Assembly (NCBI GenBank): GCA_937888665.1
Contig: CALBET010000175.1
Coordinates: 1-27,930, forward strand
Length of the DNA: 27,930 nucleotides
From: an uncultured Acidobacteriota bacterium
GTDB taxonomy: Bacteria; Acidobacteriota; Vicinamibacteria; Vicinamibacterales; UBA8438
Reading direction: 5' to 3'
Shown piece after piece: positions 1-8,497 of this stretch (positions are counted from its first letter, which is position 1; each line of letters opens with the position of its first letter). A program made the translations under genes and the position numbers. The notes below the pieces were generated by a model. The model made no database searches. It saw only the letters and a list, made by a program, of their open reading frames with translations, and was not told the origin of the DNA.

Positions 1-260
1 CCGCGCAGTTCTCGAAAGTTGTAGATCTCGCCGTTGAACACCACGCGAATCGCGCCGTCTTCGTTCGCCATCGGCTGCGCGGCCCGATCGGACAAATCGA
101 TCACGGCCAGTCTGCGACTGCCAAGCCCAATGCCGCCGTCGGTCCAGACGCCCTGAGCATCCGGTCCCCGGTGCTCGAGGGCCGCCGTCATGCGGTGCAC
201 GAGCTCGGGCTCGACCCTGGCACCGGGACCGTCGACTAGTTTGCCTGCGATGCCGCACAT
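1..260 (-). CDS. asnB: Asparagine synthase (glutamine-hydrolysing)-type amidotransferase, N-terminal part; runs off the left edge of the window
   Basis: Not in the ORF track. Manual translation from the ATG at 260 gives MCGIAGKLVDGPGARVEPELVHRMTAALEHRGPDAQGVWTDGGIGLGSRRLAVIDLSDRAAQPMANEDGAIRVVFNGEIYNFRELR, with the class II GATase Cys2 and the HRGPD and NGEIYN motifs. Overlaps the upstream gene by 25 nt. Confidence 0.9.
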   Translation of the reverse strand, partial: MCGIAGKLVDGPGARVEPELVHRMTAALEHRGPDAQGVWTDGGIGLGSRRLAVIDLSDRAAQPMANEDGAIRVVFNGEIYNFRELR

Positions 261-1471
261 GAATCGGGACCCGTTCGCCGCGCCAGCCGGTCGTCGATCA
301 GCGACGACATCAACTCCAGACGCGCGGCCCAGCTGTTCTCCTTGGCGACCGCCACGCGACGGGCGACCGCATCCCGGTCCGCCTGAGAGAGTTCCGCCTC
401 GACCGCCGACTCGAACCCGGCCGCGTCGGCGCCCAGCCGGACAATGGGACCGTGGAAGCGATTGAAGCGCGTGATCTCTGACAGCGGTGTGGCCACGACG
501 CCGAGGCCCATGGCGAGATACTCGTTCAGCTTGGCCGGGTAGACATGCTCCGTGTACTCGGTCAGTCGGTACGGGATGATCGCCACATCGAACCCGCGCA
601 GATACCGCGGCACCTCGTCCGGTGCCCGAGTCCCCAGCGCATGCACGTTTGGCAATCGGGTCAACGCTGACGCGTCCGCCTGCAACGGTCCGACCAGTAC
701 CAGACTCCAGTCCGGCCGTCGCGCGGCCAACGCCGCCAGCAGGGGCTGGTCCACCCACTGGTGCACACCGCCGAGGTAGCCGACCACCGGGCGTGGGATG
801 GCCGCTAGATCCACCGGTAACGGCTCGTCAGACAGGCGCGCGCGCTCGAAGCGCGGAAAGTCGACACCGGAGGGCACCAGGTGGGCATGCGCATTCAGCG
901 CCGTGGCGCGGTCGAGTAACGACTGGGAGGTCGCAAAGACCAGGTCCGCTTCGGCGAAGCAAGCCGACTCGGTGTCGCTCAGACGCGCGGCCGCTGGCGA
1001 ACTGGCCGACAGATGGTCCACGCAGTGAAAGATGGACAGCGTCGGGTTTAGCGACCTGGCGATGGATCGGCTCAGCGGTGTCGGCAAGAAATTCCAGACG
1101 ATGGGACGCGCCGGACTCCAGTCTGCAGTGTGCCGCCGTATTGCGCGTCGCACGAGTGGGCGGTTGACCGCCTGGGCGGCCCGGGAATACGGAAACGGCA
1201 GCACCACCGGCGAGTAGACCCTGACGTTCTCGGGATGCCGGCGATGCCCCTTGCCCTTGGGGGCATCGCCGCCGCCCACCGGCCAGAGCGTCTTCACTCT
1301 TTTCCACAGGCGTGGCAGGTCGCGCGGGGCAGGGGCTCGCACGCCGGTTGATTCGACGAACAGGACCCGGTTGCCGTGGTCGGCGAGCGCCGACATGATC
1401 TGCTGGTGGCCTTGCCACAAGAAGTCCCAGTCGATCGACGAGAGACACACGATGTTGCGGTCACGCAGCAT
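236..1471 (-). CDS. GT-B glycosyltransferase, TuaH-like (GT4/Glyco_trans_1_4 type)
   Basis: N-terminal SSIDWDFLWQGHQQIM, GVDFPRF, VVGYLGG, and C-terminal YPAKLNEYLAMGLGVV typical of TuaH-like GTs. Confidence 0.8.
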   Translation of the reverse strand: MLRDRNIVCLSSIDWDFLWQGHQQIMSALADHGNRVLFVESTGVRAPAPRDLPRLWKRVKTLWPVGGGDAPKGKGHRRHPENVRVYSPVVLPFPYSRAAQAVNRPLVRRAIRRHTADWSPARPIVWNFLPTPLSRSIARSLNPTLSIFHCVDHLSASSPAAARLSDTESACFAEADLVFATSQSLLDRATALNAHAHLVPSGVDFPRFERARLSDEPLPVDLAAIPRPVVGYLGGVHQWVDQPLLAALAARRPDWSLVLVGPLQADASALTRLPNVHALGTRAPDEVPRYLRGFDVAIIPYRLTEYTEHVYPAKLNEYLAMGLGVVATPLSEITRFNRFHGPIVRLGADAAGFESAVEAELSQADRDAVARRVAVAKENSWAARLELMSSLIDDRLARRTGPDSCAASQAN

Positions 1472-1549
1472 CGATGTCAGGACCTTTTACCCTGTCCTTT
1501 TTTAGGGCTCCGCAGGGGCATTTCTGGGCGTCCAGGCGCCCGCCCAGCC

Positions 1550-1594
1550 AGGCGAGGAGCGCGCATACCTGGAGTATGTCAGGGACGGGCAACG
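1550..1594. repeat. Core of a degenerate MITE-like element (element D)
   Basis: AGGCGAGGAGCGCG-CATAC-CTGGA-GTATG followed 11 nt later by CAACG; same hairpin geometry as 7336-7371, and same geometry and CAACG spacing as 8554-8600. Confidence 0.55.
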
Positions 1595-1650
1595 GCGTCG
1601 CGCGGGATGCCTCGGCGGCCAGATTGGCGCTGCGATGTCGTGACGGACCC

Positions 1651-2868
1651 TCACCCGGCGTGGAGTCCGAGATAGAGCTCCTGCGTGCGCCGCACCATCC
1701 GCTCGGCTGAGAATCGTTCGCGGGCGACCACACTCGCCTGCGCGCCCATCCGATTCGCCAGCGTCCGGTCGGCCAGCAACTCCAGGATGGCGCCGGCCAG
1801 CGCCTCCGGATCACGCGGAGCCACCACGCGCGCGGTCATCCCGTCATCGACCACCTCGGGGATGCCGCCGACCGCGGTGGTCACCACGGGACGGCCGAGC
1901 GCCATCGCCTCGACCAGCGTGATCGGCAGCCCCTCCGAGATGGAGGGCAACACGACCAGATCGCTGGCTCGCATCAGTTCGAGCGCGTCCGGGATCTCGC
2001 CGGGAAACGTCACACGCGCGCTCACGCCGAGACGGTCGGCCAGCGCCTGCATGCTGGCTCGGCTGTCTCCCTCGCCAGCCAGCACGAACCTGGTGTCGGG
2101 ATGGGCCGCCAGCACCGCCGGCACGGCGCGAATCAGAAACTCATGCCCCTTGATCGGAAAAAAGTTGGCGACAACCGAGATGCGAGGACTGCCCTCTCCC
2201 CACCGACCGGACGAGCCGGCGCCGTCCGCGTATCGGGCCAGGCGCTCCTCGTCGTCCACGTCCACGCCGTTCTCGATGACGCACAGACGCTCGGCCAGAA
2301 CCCGAATACCGGGACGGGTCAGCAGATCGTCCGCCACGTAGTTCGACGGCGCGATGACGCGGTCGCAGCCGCGATAGATGGCCCGAAACAGGTGTGAGAC
2401 GCCCTGGCGTCTGACGCGTTTCACCCCGGAGACGCCGATCGGCAAGAAGTAGGCACCCGCGACGCTGCTCACCACGCGACGGATACCGGCGAGCCGAGCC
2501 GCCAACCCGCCAAGCACATCAGCGGTCCAGAGATGCGTGTGCACCAGATCACACCGCGACTCACGCATCAGCGCGGCCAGCTTGGTGATGGTGCGAGGCC
2601 GCCCCAGATCGACGAGGTCGAGGCTCCAGACCCGAGACGCATGGCGGCCGTAGGTCTCGGCCATCGAGCCACGCCCGTGACAGGCAACCACTACCTCGAA
2701 GCGTTCCGGGTCAAGCCCTTGCAAGAGCGTCGCGAAGACCTGTTCGGCGCCGCCGGCCCCGGAGGCCGCGATGACACTGAAGAGTCGGATGCGCTCCACG
2801 GGGTCGAACGTTTCAGCGGGCTCCAGTCGGCTCAACGGGCCGACGCGTCCACGGGCCGGACAGCCCAC
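1651..2868 (-). CDS. GT4 family glycosyltransferase
   Basis: GAGGAEQ, DLVHTH, IENGVD, KGHEFL, SISEGLPITLVEAMALGRPVV (EX7E motif). The GTG start at 2868, next to the upstream stop, is uncertain. Confidence 0.88.
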   Translation of the reverse strand: MGCPARGRVGPLSRLEPAETFDPVERIRLFSVIAASGAGGAEQVFATLLQGLDPERFEVVVACHGRGSMAETYGRHASRVWSLDLVDLGRPRTITKLAALMRESRCDLVHTHLWTADVLGGLAARLAGIRRVVSSVAGAYFLPIGVSGVKRVRRQGVSHLFRAIYRGCDRVIAPSNYVADDLLTRPGIRVLAERLCVIENGVDVDDEERLARYADGAGSSGRWGEGSPRISVVANFFPIKGHEFLIRAVPAVLAAHPDTRFVLAGEGDSRASMQALADRLGVSARVTFPGEIPDALELMRASDLVVLPSISEGLPITLVEAMALGRPVVTTAVGGIPEVVDDGMTARVVAPRDPEALAGAILELLADRTLANRMGAQASVVARERFSAERMVRRTQELYLGLHAG

Positions 2869-2869
2869 G

Positions 2870-4816
2870 TTACGGGGTCAGTGCCCCGGTCACGGACGCG
2901 ATCAGTCCCGCGATATCGAGCTGGTGGTACGCCAGCACCTCTTCGTTCGTGCCGCAAACCGGCAGTTCGCGGACACCGATCGCGGTCACCGGAACCGAGA
3001 GCCCGAGCTGGGCAATTCGGCTGGCGAGCATCTGGCCTTGCCCGCCATCGACGTAGTGGTTGTCGAGCGTGAAGACCCGCTGCGCATCGGCGACCGCCTC
3101 CTGGAGCCAGGCAGCGTCGACACGATTCAGCCATGGCATGTCGATGACGCGCGCATGCACCCCGTGCTCAGCCTCGAGGCGCTCGGCCGCATGGTACGCG
3201 TTGCTCAGCAGCCACGGTCCGGCGCCGATGAGCACGACGACGTTGTCGGAGCCGCCGGGCCGCACCACCGTGCCGACACCGAGTTCGAGCGCGTAGTCGG
3301 CCGGCAGGGTGAACGGTACCGGCCAGCCGAGCGACACCAGCCGGATGTAGCTGCTTTGGGTCGTCTGCTCAAGACAGAACGACAGCGTGGCCGCCGATTC
3401 GGCTTCGGTGCAGGGCTCGATGAGAATCAGATTCGGGATCGCAGCCAACGCCGAAATATCGCGGACCGCCTGGTGCGAATGCCCAGGGCCACCGGGCAGC
3501 AGCCCTGCCAGCGAGCCGACATAGATGACCTTCGTCCCCTCGCTGGCGTTGTTGTAGATCTGCTCGTTCGGCCGCGCCGAGAGGAAGCAGGCGAACGAAT
3601 GGGCTATCGGCACCAGCCCCTGACGCGCCATCGCCCCCGCCTGCGACACCATGTCTTGCTCGGCGATTCCGCATTCGATGAAGCGGTCGGGGAACTGGTC
3701 CCGAAACTCAAGCAAGCCACAGTCCTTGACCAGGTCGGCGTCGAGCGCGACGATAGCGGGGTTGCGCCGAGCGTGCTCGACAAGCGCGGTGCCATACGCG
3801 TTGACGAGACGCTCGACCTCCAGCACCGGTTTGCGGGGTGGTCGGCGGGCGGTCTCGAGCACCAGGTCGCCCAGACCCGCCTCGCGCAGGCGGTCGCGAG
3901 CGGCGGCGATCAACTCGGCCGCCCCTTTGGCGTACGCCTCCTCGTTGGGCGCGCCGCTATGGAAAAGATACAGCGAGTCCGCCGCGAGCGCCGCGGGCCC
4001 CTCCATGAACGAGACGCCCTTGCCCTTGACCGTGTCGGCGATGAGCACTTTCGGCACGCCGGGACTCGCGTTGAGCTGTGCGAGGGCAGCGTCGAGCGCC
4101 GCGAAGTCGTGACCGTCGCAGCGTGCGACCCGCCAGCCAAAGCTGGCGAACTTCGCCTCGAGATCGCCAAGAGGACCCACGTCTTCCACCCACGTGTCGG
4201 ACTGAATCTTGTTGTGGTCGACGATGACGGTGATCTCGTCGAGCCCCAATGCGACCGCCGATCCGAGCGACTCCCAGATCTGCCCTTCCTGCAACTCGCC
4301 GTCACCAGTCAGCACGAAGATCTGACGACGCTGACCGCGGAGCCGATTGGCTATCGCCATCCCCTTCGCTTTCGAGATCCCCATGCCGAGCGATCCGGTG
4401 TTCGCCTGGATGAAGGGCGTCTCGACGTGAGGATGCCCGGCCAGACCGTCCACCCGGCGCAGAGCGTGCAACAACTCGAAGTCGAGCAGCCCGAGCCCGG
4501 TCAGCACGGCGTAGAGCGCCGGGGCGTCGTGTCCCTTCGACGAGAAGAAGAGGTCGCACCGATCGTCGCCCTGGTCCACCCCCTGCATCTTCTGCAAGAA
4601 GAGCCAGGTCATGATATCGGTCGCGCTGAAGCAGGTGCCCGGATGCCCCGACCAGGCCCTGGCGATCGTGTAGAGGACGTTGATACGCGTGTAGGCCGCG
4701 AACACCGCGGCACGCGGCTGCGGGTCCAGGTGACGCTCGAGGAGCGACTCGAATGCCCTCCGCGGTACGTAGAACAGCTCGTCGGATTCGACCTGTTCGA
4801 GCTGCGATTCACCCAT
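2870..4816 (-). CDS. Single-chain ThDP-dependent transketolase-like enzyme (N- and C-terminal domains fused) with an atypical acceptor site
   Basis: SGHPG, SKGH, GHP, GSLGMG, ThDP motif GDGELQEG...DHN, TVKGKG, GIAEQ, SHQ; GGAGG Shine-Dalgarno upstream of the ATG. Confidence 0.9.
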   Translation of the reverse strand: MGESQLEQVESDELFYVPRRAFESLLERHLDPQPRAAVFAAYTRINVLYTIARAWSGHPGTCFSATDIMTWLFLQKMQGVDQGDDRCDLFFSSKGHDAPALYAVLTGLGLLDFELLHALRRVDGLAGHPHVETPFIQANTGSLGMGISKAKGMAIANRLRGQRRQIFVLTGDGELQEGQIWESLGSAVALGLDEITVIVDHNKIQSDTWVEDVGPLGDLEAKFASFGWRVARCDGHDFAALDAALAQLNASPGVPKVLIADTVKGKGVSFMEGPAALAADSLYLFHSGAPNEEAYAKGAAELIAAARDRLREAGLGDLVLETARRPPRKPVLEVERLVNAYGTALVEHARRNPAIVALDADLVKDCGLLEFRDQFPDRFIECGIAEQDMVSQAGAMARQGLVPIAHSFACFLSARPNEQIYNNASEGTKVIYVGSLAGLLPGGPGHSHQAVRDISALAAIPNLILIEPCTEAESAATLSFCLEQTTQSSYIRLVSLGWPVPFTLPADYALELGVGTVVRPGGSDNVVVLIGAGPWLLSNAYHAAERLEAEHGVHARVIDMPWLNRVDAAWLQEAVADAQRVFTLDNHYVDGGQGQMLASRIAQLGLSVPVTAIGVRELPVCGTNEEVLAYHQLDIAGLIASVTGALTP

Positions 4817-4822
4817 CTCGAT

Positions 4823-5578
4823 TCATCCTCCAAAGGCCGCCCGGTTCACAGGCGGCAGCGTCCAGTCCCCGCTGGCGACCAGCTCTTCGGCGAGCCGCCA
4901 ATCCCATGTGTCGTTGATGTCGAACCCCTCACGTTCGTCCGTCCTGAACGGCACGAGCGTGTGACCGGCGATGGTGCGCCCCTCGAGTGCCACCCGACTC
5001 CAGGCGATCTCCAGGCTCGCGTTCTGCACCCAGACCTCGGGCAGCGACGGCATCTGGCTGCTGTGCCACGGCTGCTCAGCCGGACCGAACGGGAGCAACG
5101 GCAGCAACCGGTCGCCCCGGATGACCCACATCTTCCCGGGGTGCTGACGCACCCGCTCCACGGCCCGGAGCGAATCGACGCCGTCCGCGCCCCGAAACAC
5201 GGACCAGGCCCGACGGATGGTGTCGGCGGTCCGGAACGGGCTGGTCGGTCTGAGAATAGCGAAGCAGTCAAAGGTTCTATCGGCGTCCCGCAGCGCGCCA
5301 AGCCCGTGCTCGACCCACTCGATGTCAGGTGACCGCGCCCCGGCTATCGTCGCCGGTCTACGGAACGGCACCTCGGCGCCGTAGTGTCGCGCGACCTCGG
5401 CGGTCGCTTCGTCATTTGTCGACACCACGACCGCCCCGAACACCCCGGAATCGCGCGCGCCCGCGATCGTGTACGCGATGAGCGGATGACCACCCAGCAC
5501 GCGGATGTTCTTGCCGGGCACTCGAATCGACCCACTGCGGGCCGGAATGAACGCGACACAGGACGGCTCGGTGGTCAT
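4823..5578 (-). CDS. neuA: Acylneuraminate/nonulosonate cytidylyltransferase (NeuA/CMAS family)
   Basis: IPARSGSIRVPGKNI, VVVSTND, LRPTSPFR, QNASL, FDIND. Start moved to the ATG at 5578 (MTTEPSC) because the longer ORF-track start lies inside a MITE. Confidence 0.88.
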   Translation of the reverse strand: MTTEPSCVAFIPARSGSIRVPGKNIRVLGGHPLIAYTIAGARDSGVFGAVVVSTNDEATAEVARHYGAEVPFRRPATIAGARSPDIEWVEHGLGALRDADRTFDCFAILRPTSPFRTADTIRRAWSVFRGADGVDSLRAVERVRQHPGKMWVIRGDRLLPLLPFGPAEQPWHSSQMPSLPEVWVQNASLEIAWSRVALEGRTIAGHTLVPFRTDEREGFDINDTWDWRLAEELVASGDWTLPPVNRAAFGG

Positions 5579-5598
5579 CGACGGCACGGCGCAGTAGT

Positions 5599-5756
5599 GC
5601 GTATCACAATGACGGTGACCTATTCGGTCGCCGAGGCGCCGAATCACCGGGCGCGAGGAGGGAGCCTACGGGAAGTCGACGCGTCGTCACAACGCCCAAC
5701 GCCGCGACGGGCGGGACGGCTCGGTGATCGAAAGCGGCGCCGTCATTGTGACACGC
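5599..5756. mobile_element. MITE-like element C (about 158 bp)
   Basis: Terminal inverted repeats GCGTATCACAATGACGG (5599-5615) and CCGTCATTGTGACACGC (5740-5756) match 16/17, with TA 2 nt outside each end; inner imperfect IR; contains the shared core start GGGCGCGAGGAGGGAGC (5649-5665). Confidence 0.7.
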
Positions 5757-5761
5757 GGTAC

Positions 5762-7237
5762 TCAGACGGCCCCCGGGTCGGCATGGATGTAAATCGTCTT
5801 CCAGTCGGAGTAGACGTCGAGCGCTTCGGTGCCAGCCTCGCGCCACCCGGTGCCCGACTGCCGTAGCCCCCCGAACGGCATGTGCGGCTCGCTGCCGTAG
5901 GTGCCCCCGTTGATGGACGCCACGCCCGACTTGATGCGGCTGAGGAAGGTCATCGCACGGTCGACGTTCGCGGTGTGGATGGCGGCGGTGAGCCCGAACG
6001 GTGAGGCGTTGGCCAGACTGATCGCCTCGTCGAAGTCGGCCACGCGGTACAGACAGGCGATCGGCCCGAACAACTCCGCCTGGGAAATCTCAGCCTCCGC
6101 GGCGGCGCCCTCGAGCAGCGTGGGTGTCATGTAGAACCCGTCGCGGTGCGCATCGTCCGTCATCCGTCCGCCACCGACCAACACCGTCGCGCCGGCGGCC
6201 CGTGCCCGGTCGACCGCCGAGACCATGTTGTCGAGCTGCCGCTGATTGATGACCGGACCTAGGTCGTCATCGTCGGCCGGGCCAAGCGTGAGGCTCCGCG
6301 TGTACTCCAACAACTGTTCCTTGAATCGGTCGTAGACCTGGTCGAACACGATCAGTCGGCTGCCGGATGCACATCGTTGCCCCGCGTTGCTGAACGCGGA
6401 CAGACCGGCAATCGTGACGGCTCGATCGAGATTTGCGTCGTCGCAGACGATAAGTGGGTTCTTGCCACCGAGCTCCAGGCAGACCTTGGCCAGACGCGCG
6501 CCGGCGGTCGCCTGAATCTGCCGACCCACGCCGCACGACCCGGTGAAGCTGATCAGGTCGACACCCGGGTGCTCCACCAGCGGCGCTCCCGCCTCGGGCC
6601 CGTATCCCTGGACGACATTGAACACCCCGGGCGGAATGCCGACGTCGTCGAACACCTTCGCCGCGGCCCACGCGGTGGCGGGTGTATCCTCCGACGCCTT
6701 CATCACCGCGGTGTTCCCGCAGAGCAGCGCCGGGTACGCCTTCCAGGCCACGTTCGCGATCGGCGTGTTGGCGGCGATGATCAGACCGGCGACCCCCAGC
6801 GGCTGCCTGACGATCAGGGCCGTCCGGTGCGGCACCGCGCTGGTCGTCGTCTTGCCATAAAACCGACGCCCCTCCCCGGCGACGAACAGCCCCATCTCGA
6901 CTGCTGCGCCCGTCTCGCCGCGAGCGTCCTGTCGGGACTTGCCCGTTTCGAGCGAGACGATCTCCGCAAACTGGTCGCTCCGCTCGCGCATCAGCAACGC
7001 CGCCTCGCGGAGCAGATCGCCGCGAGCGACCGGGGTCATCCCGGCCCAGTCCGGCTGCGCGCGTTGCGCTGCCGCAACCGCTGACTCCACATCGGCCGCG
7101 CCGGAGCGAGCGACGGTGCACAACTCGGCTCCGGTCGCCGGATTCAGATTCGGTAGCGTCTGCCCATCCTTCGCGGCATGCTCTCTACCGTCGATCCAGT
7201 TCGGTATCTGCGGCGGTATCAACGACGTTGGGTGCAT
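5762..7237 (-). CDS. NAD(P)-dependent aldehyde dehydrogenase
   Basis: FTGS, LELGGKNP (catalytic Glu), NAGQRCASG (catalytic Cys), ELFGP, PFGGLRQSG; AAAGGA SD upstream. Confidence 0.93.
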   Translation of the reverse strand: MHPTSLIPPQIPNWIDGREHAAKDGQTLPNLNPATGAELCTVARSGAADVESAVAAAQRAQPDWAGMTPVARGDLLREAALLMRERSDQFAEIVSLETGKSRQDARGETGAAVEMGLFVAGEGRRFYGKTTTSAVPHRTALIVRQPLGVAGLIIAANTPIANVAWKAYPALLCGNTAVMKASEDTPATAWAAAKVFDDVGIPPGVFNVVQGYGPEAGAPLVEHPGVDLISFTGSCGVGRQIQATAGARLAKVCLELGGKNPLIVCDDANLDRAVTIAGLSAFSNAGQRCASGSRLIVFDQVYDRFKEQLLEYTRSLTLGPADDDDLGPVINQRQLDNMVSAVDRARAAGATVLVGGGRMTDDAHRDGFYMTPTLLEGAAAEAEISQAELFGPIACLYRVADFDEAISLANASPFGLTAAIHTANVDRAMTFLSRIKSGVASINGGTYGSEPHMPFGGLRQSGTGWREAGTEALDVYSDWKTIYIHADPGAV

Positions 7238-7306
7238 CTCGATGAGATCCTTTTCGTGCTATGGGCTCTTGGTGTGGGCCAGCAGCCCACTAAGAAACCG
7301 CGTGCC

Positions 7307-7425
7307 GGGTTTCCTGGCGAGGCGTTCGTCTGGCCAGGCGCGACGAGGGAGCATGCAGGTGGCATGTGACCCCGCTGAGCCGAAGCCGCGACGTCCGCCC
7401 TTGCGGACGCCTCGCCAGGAAACCC
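7307..7425. mobile_element. MITE-like element A (119 bp)
   Basis: Perfect 19-bp terminal inverted repeats GGGTTTCCTGGCGAGGCGT (7307-7325) and ACGCCTCGCCAGGAAACCC (7407-7425); directly abuts the SDR stop codon; contains the shared core at 7336-7371. Confidence 0.8.
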
Positions 7426-8262
7426 CTACCAGGCGGTGAAGCCGCCGTCGACCCGCAACTCCGTACCGGTGACGTACGTCGACGCGTCGGACGCGAGAAA
7501 GCGGAGCGGGCCCGTCAGGTCGCTGGCCTCCGCCATGCGACCCAGCGGCACTCGATCGTTGAACTTGCGCTGGAACTCCGGGTCCTGGCCACCCAGCACG
7601 CCTCCGGGGGACAATGTGTTGACCCGGACACCATACGGTCCCCACGCCGTCGCCAGATACCGGGTCAAGTTCACCACCGCTGCCTTCGAGGCGCCGTAGG
7701 CCGGTGGCTTCAAGAACGGCGGGTCCAGGTTCATATGAGCGTAGAGGCGGAGGTCCGGCGACACGCTGGCGTAGAGCGACCCGATGTTGATGATCGAGCC
7801 ACGTCGCGCTTTGACCATCTCGGCCCCGAATACCTGGGACACCTGGAACATCCCCAGGGTGTTGACCTCGAGAATCGCACGACTGGCGTCCAGTGGGACA
7901 TCTTCCATCCGATGGTATGTCGCGCCATCCGTGGAGGCCGGCTGGTCGATGCCGGCATTGTTCACCAGCACCGAAGCCACACCCATGAGTTCGGCGCTGG
8001 CCGCCTGGGCCGCCACAAGCGAGGCCCGATCCATCACATCGGCGCGATGCAGGCGGAGTCGCGGTGCGCCGGTCGAATGGATCGACTGCGCATACCGATC
8101 GAGCAACGACTGCAGGCCCGGGCTCACCGGCGCCCGCTCCAGGTCGAGCGCGAATACCCGCGCGCCGGCATCCAGGAGCGCACCCACCCAGATCGGTCCT
8201 AGCCGGCCGGACGCGCCGGTCACCACGGCGACCGTATCATCGAGACGAAACTGGTCTTTCAT
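7426..8262 (-). CDS. Classical short-chain dehydrogenase/reductase
   Basis: VVTGASGRLG, VNNAG, catalytic YGASK, VRVNTLSPGG, LRVDGG. Start moved to the ATG at 8262 (MKDQFRLDD); the longer ORF-track N-terminus is read from a repeat. Confidence 0.92.
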   Translation of the reverse strand: MKDQFRLDDTVAVVTGASGRLGPIWVGALLDAGARVFALDLERAPVSPGLQSLLDRYAQSIHSTGAPRLRLHRADVMDRASLVAAQAASAELMGVASVLVNNAGIDQPASTDGATYHRMEDVPLDASRAILEVNTLGMFQVSQVFGAEMVKARRGSIINIGSLYASVSPDLRLYAHMNLDPPFLKPPAYGASKAAVVNLTRYLATAWGPYGVRVNTLSPGGVLGGQDPEFQRKFNDRVPLGRMAEASDLTGPLRFLASDASTYVTGTELRVDGGFTAW

Positions 8263-8264
8263 TA

Positions 8265-8475
8265 GACGGGGCTGCGCCCCGAACCCCCGCGGGCCCTTCG
8301 CGGGGACCCCGCAACGCCCCACGCCGGACCCGCGAGGCGCGCACGTGCGCGCCTTGCCCTGACGGGGCTACGCGTCCATTCTTTGACGGGGTTACGCCCC
8401 GAACCCCACGCGACGGCTACGCGGGGACCCCGAGTGCCCCACTCCGCCGCCGCGGGGCGCGCATTGTCGCGCGCC
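8265..8475. repeat. Two REP-like multi-hairpin direct repeats of about 90 bp with a 120-bp period
   Basis: Copy 1 (8265-8353) begins GACGGGGCTGCGCCCCGAACCCC; copy 2 (8385-8475) begins GACGGGGTTACGCCCCGAACCCC. Both contain CGCGGGGACCCCG and end in a GGCGCGC/GCGCGCC hairpin. A partial third start GACGGGGCTACGC lies at 8361. Confidence 0.8.
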
Positions 8476-8497
8476 GTGGCCGGACACGATGCACTAT

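Noticed and set aside
1480-1503. AGGAC/GTCCT hairpin + T-run as an intrinsic terminator
   Set aside because: Only a 5-bp stem with a 10-nt loop, and on the strand opposite the operon.
2870-4816. Housekeeping transketolase or DXP synthase
   Set aside because: Acceptor-site residues are altered, it lacks the DXS architecture, and it is coupled to glycan genes.
2771-5332. 853-aa plus-strand ORF
   Set aside because: It is codon-aligned antisense to the transketolase and neuA genes, which share a frame, and has no recognisable motifs. Typical high-GC shadow ORF.
8265-8475. Possible CRISPR array
   Set aside because: Only two long, diverged units with no constant short repeat/unique spacer pattern and no cas genes.
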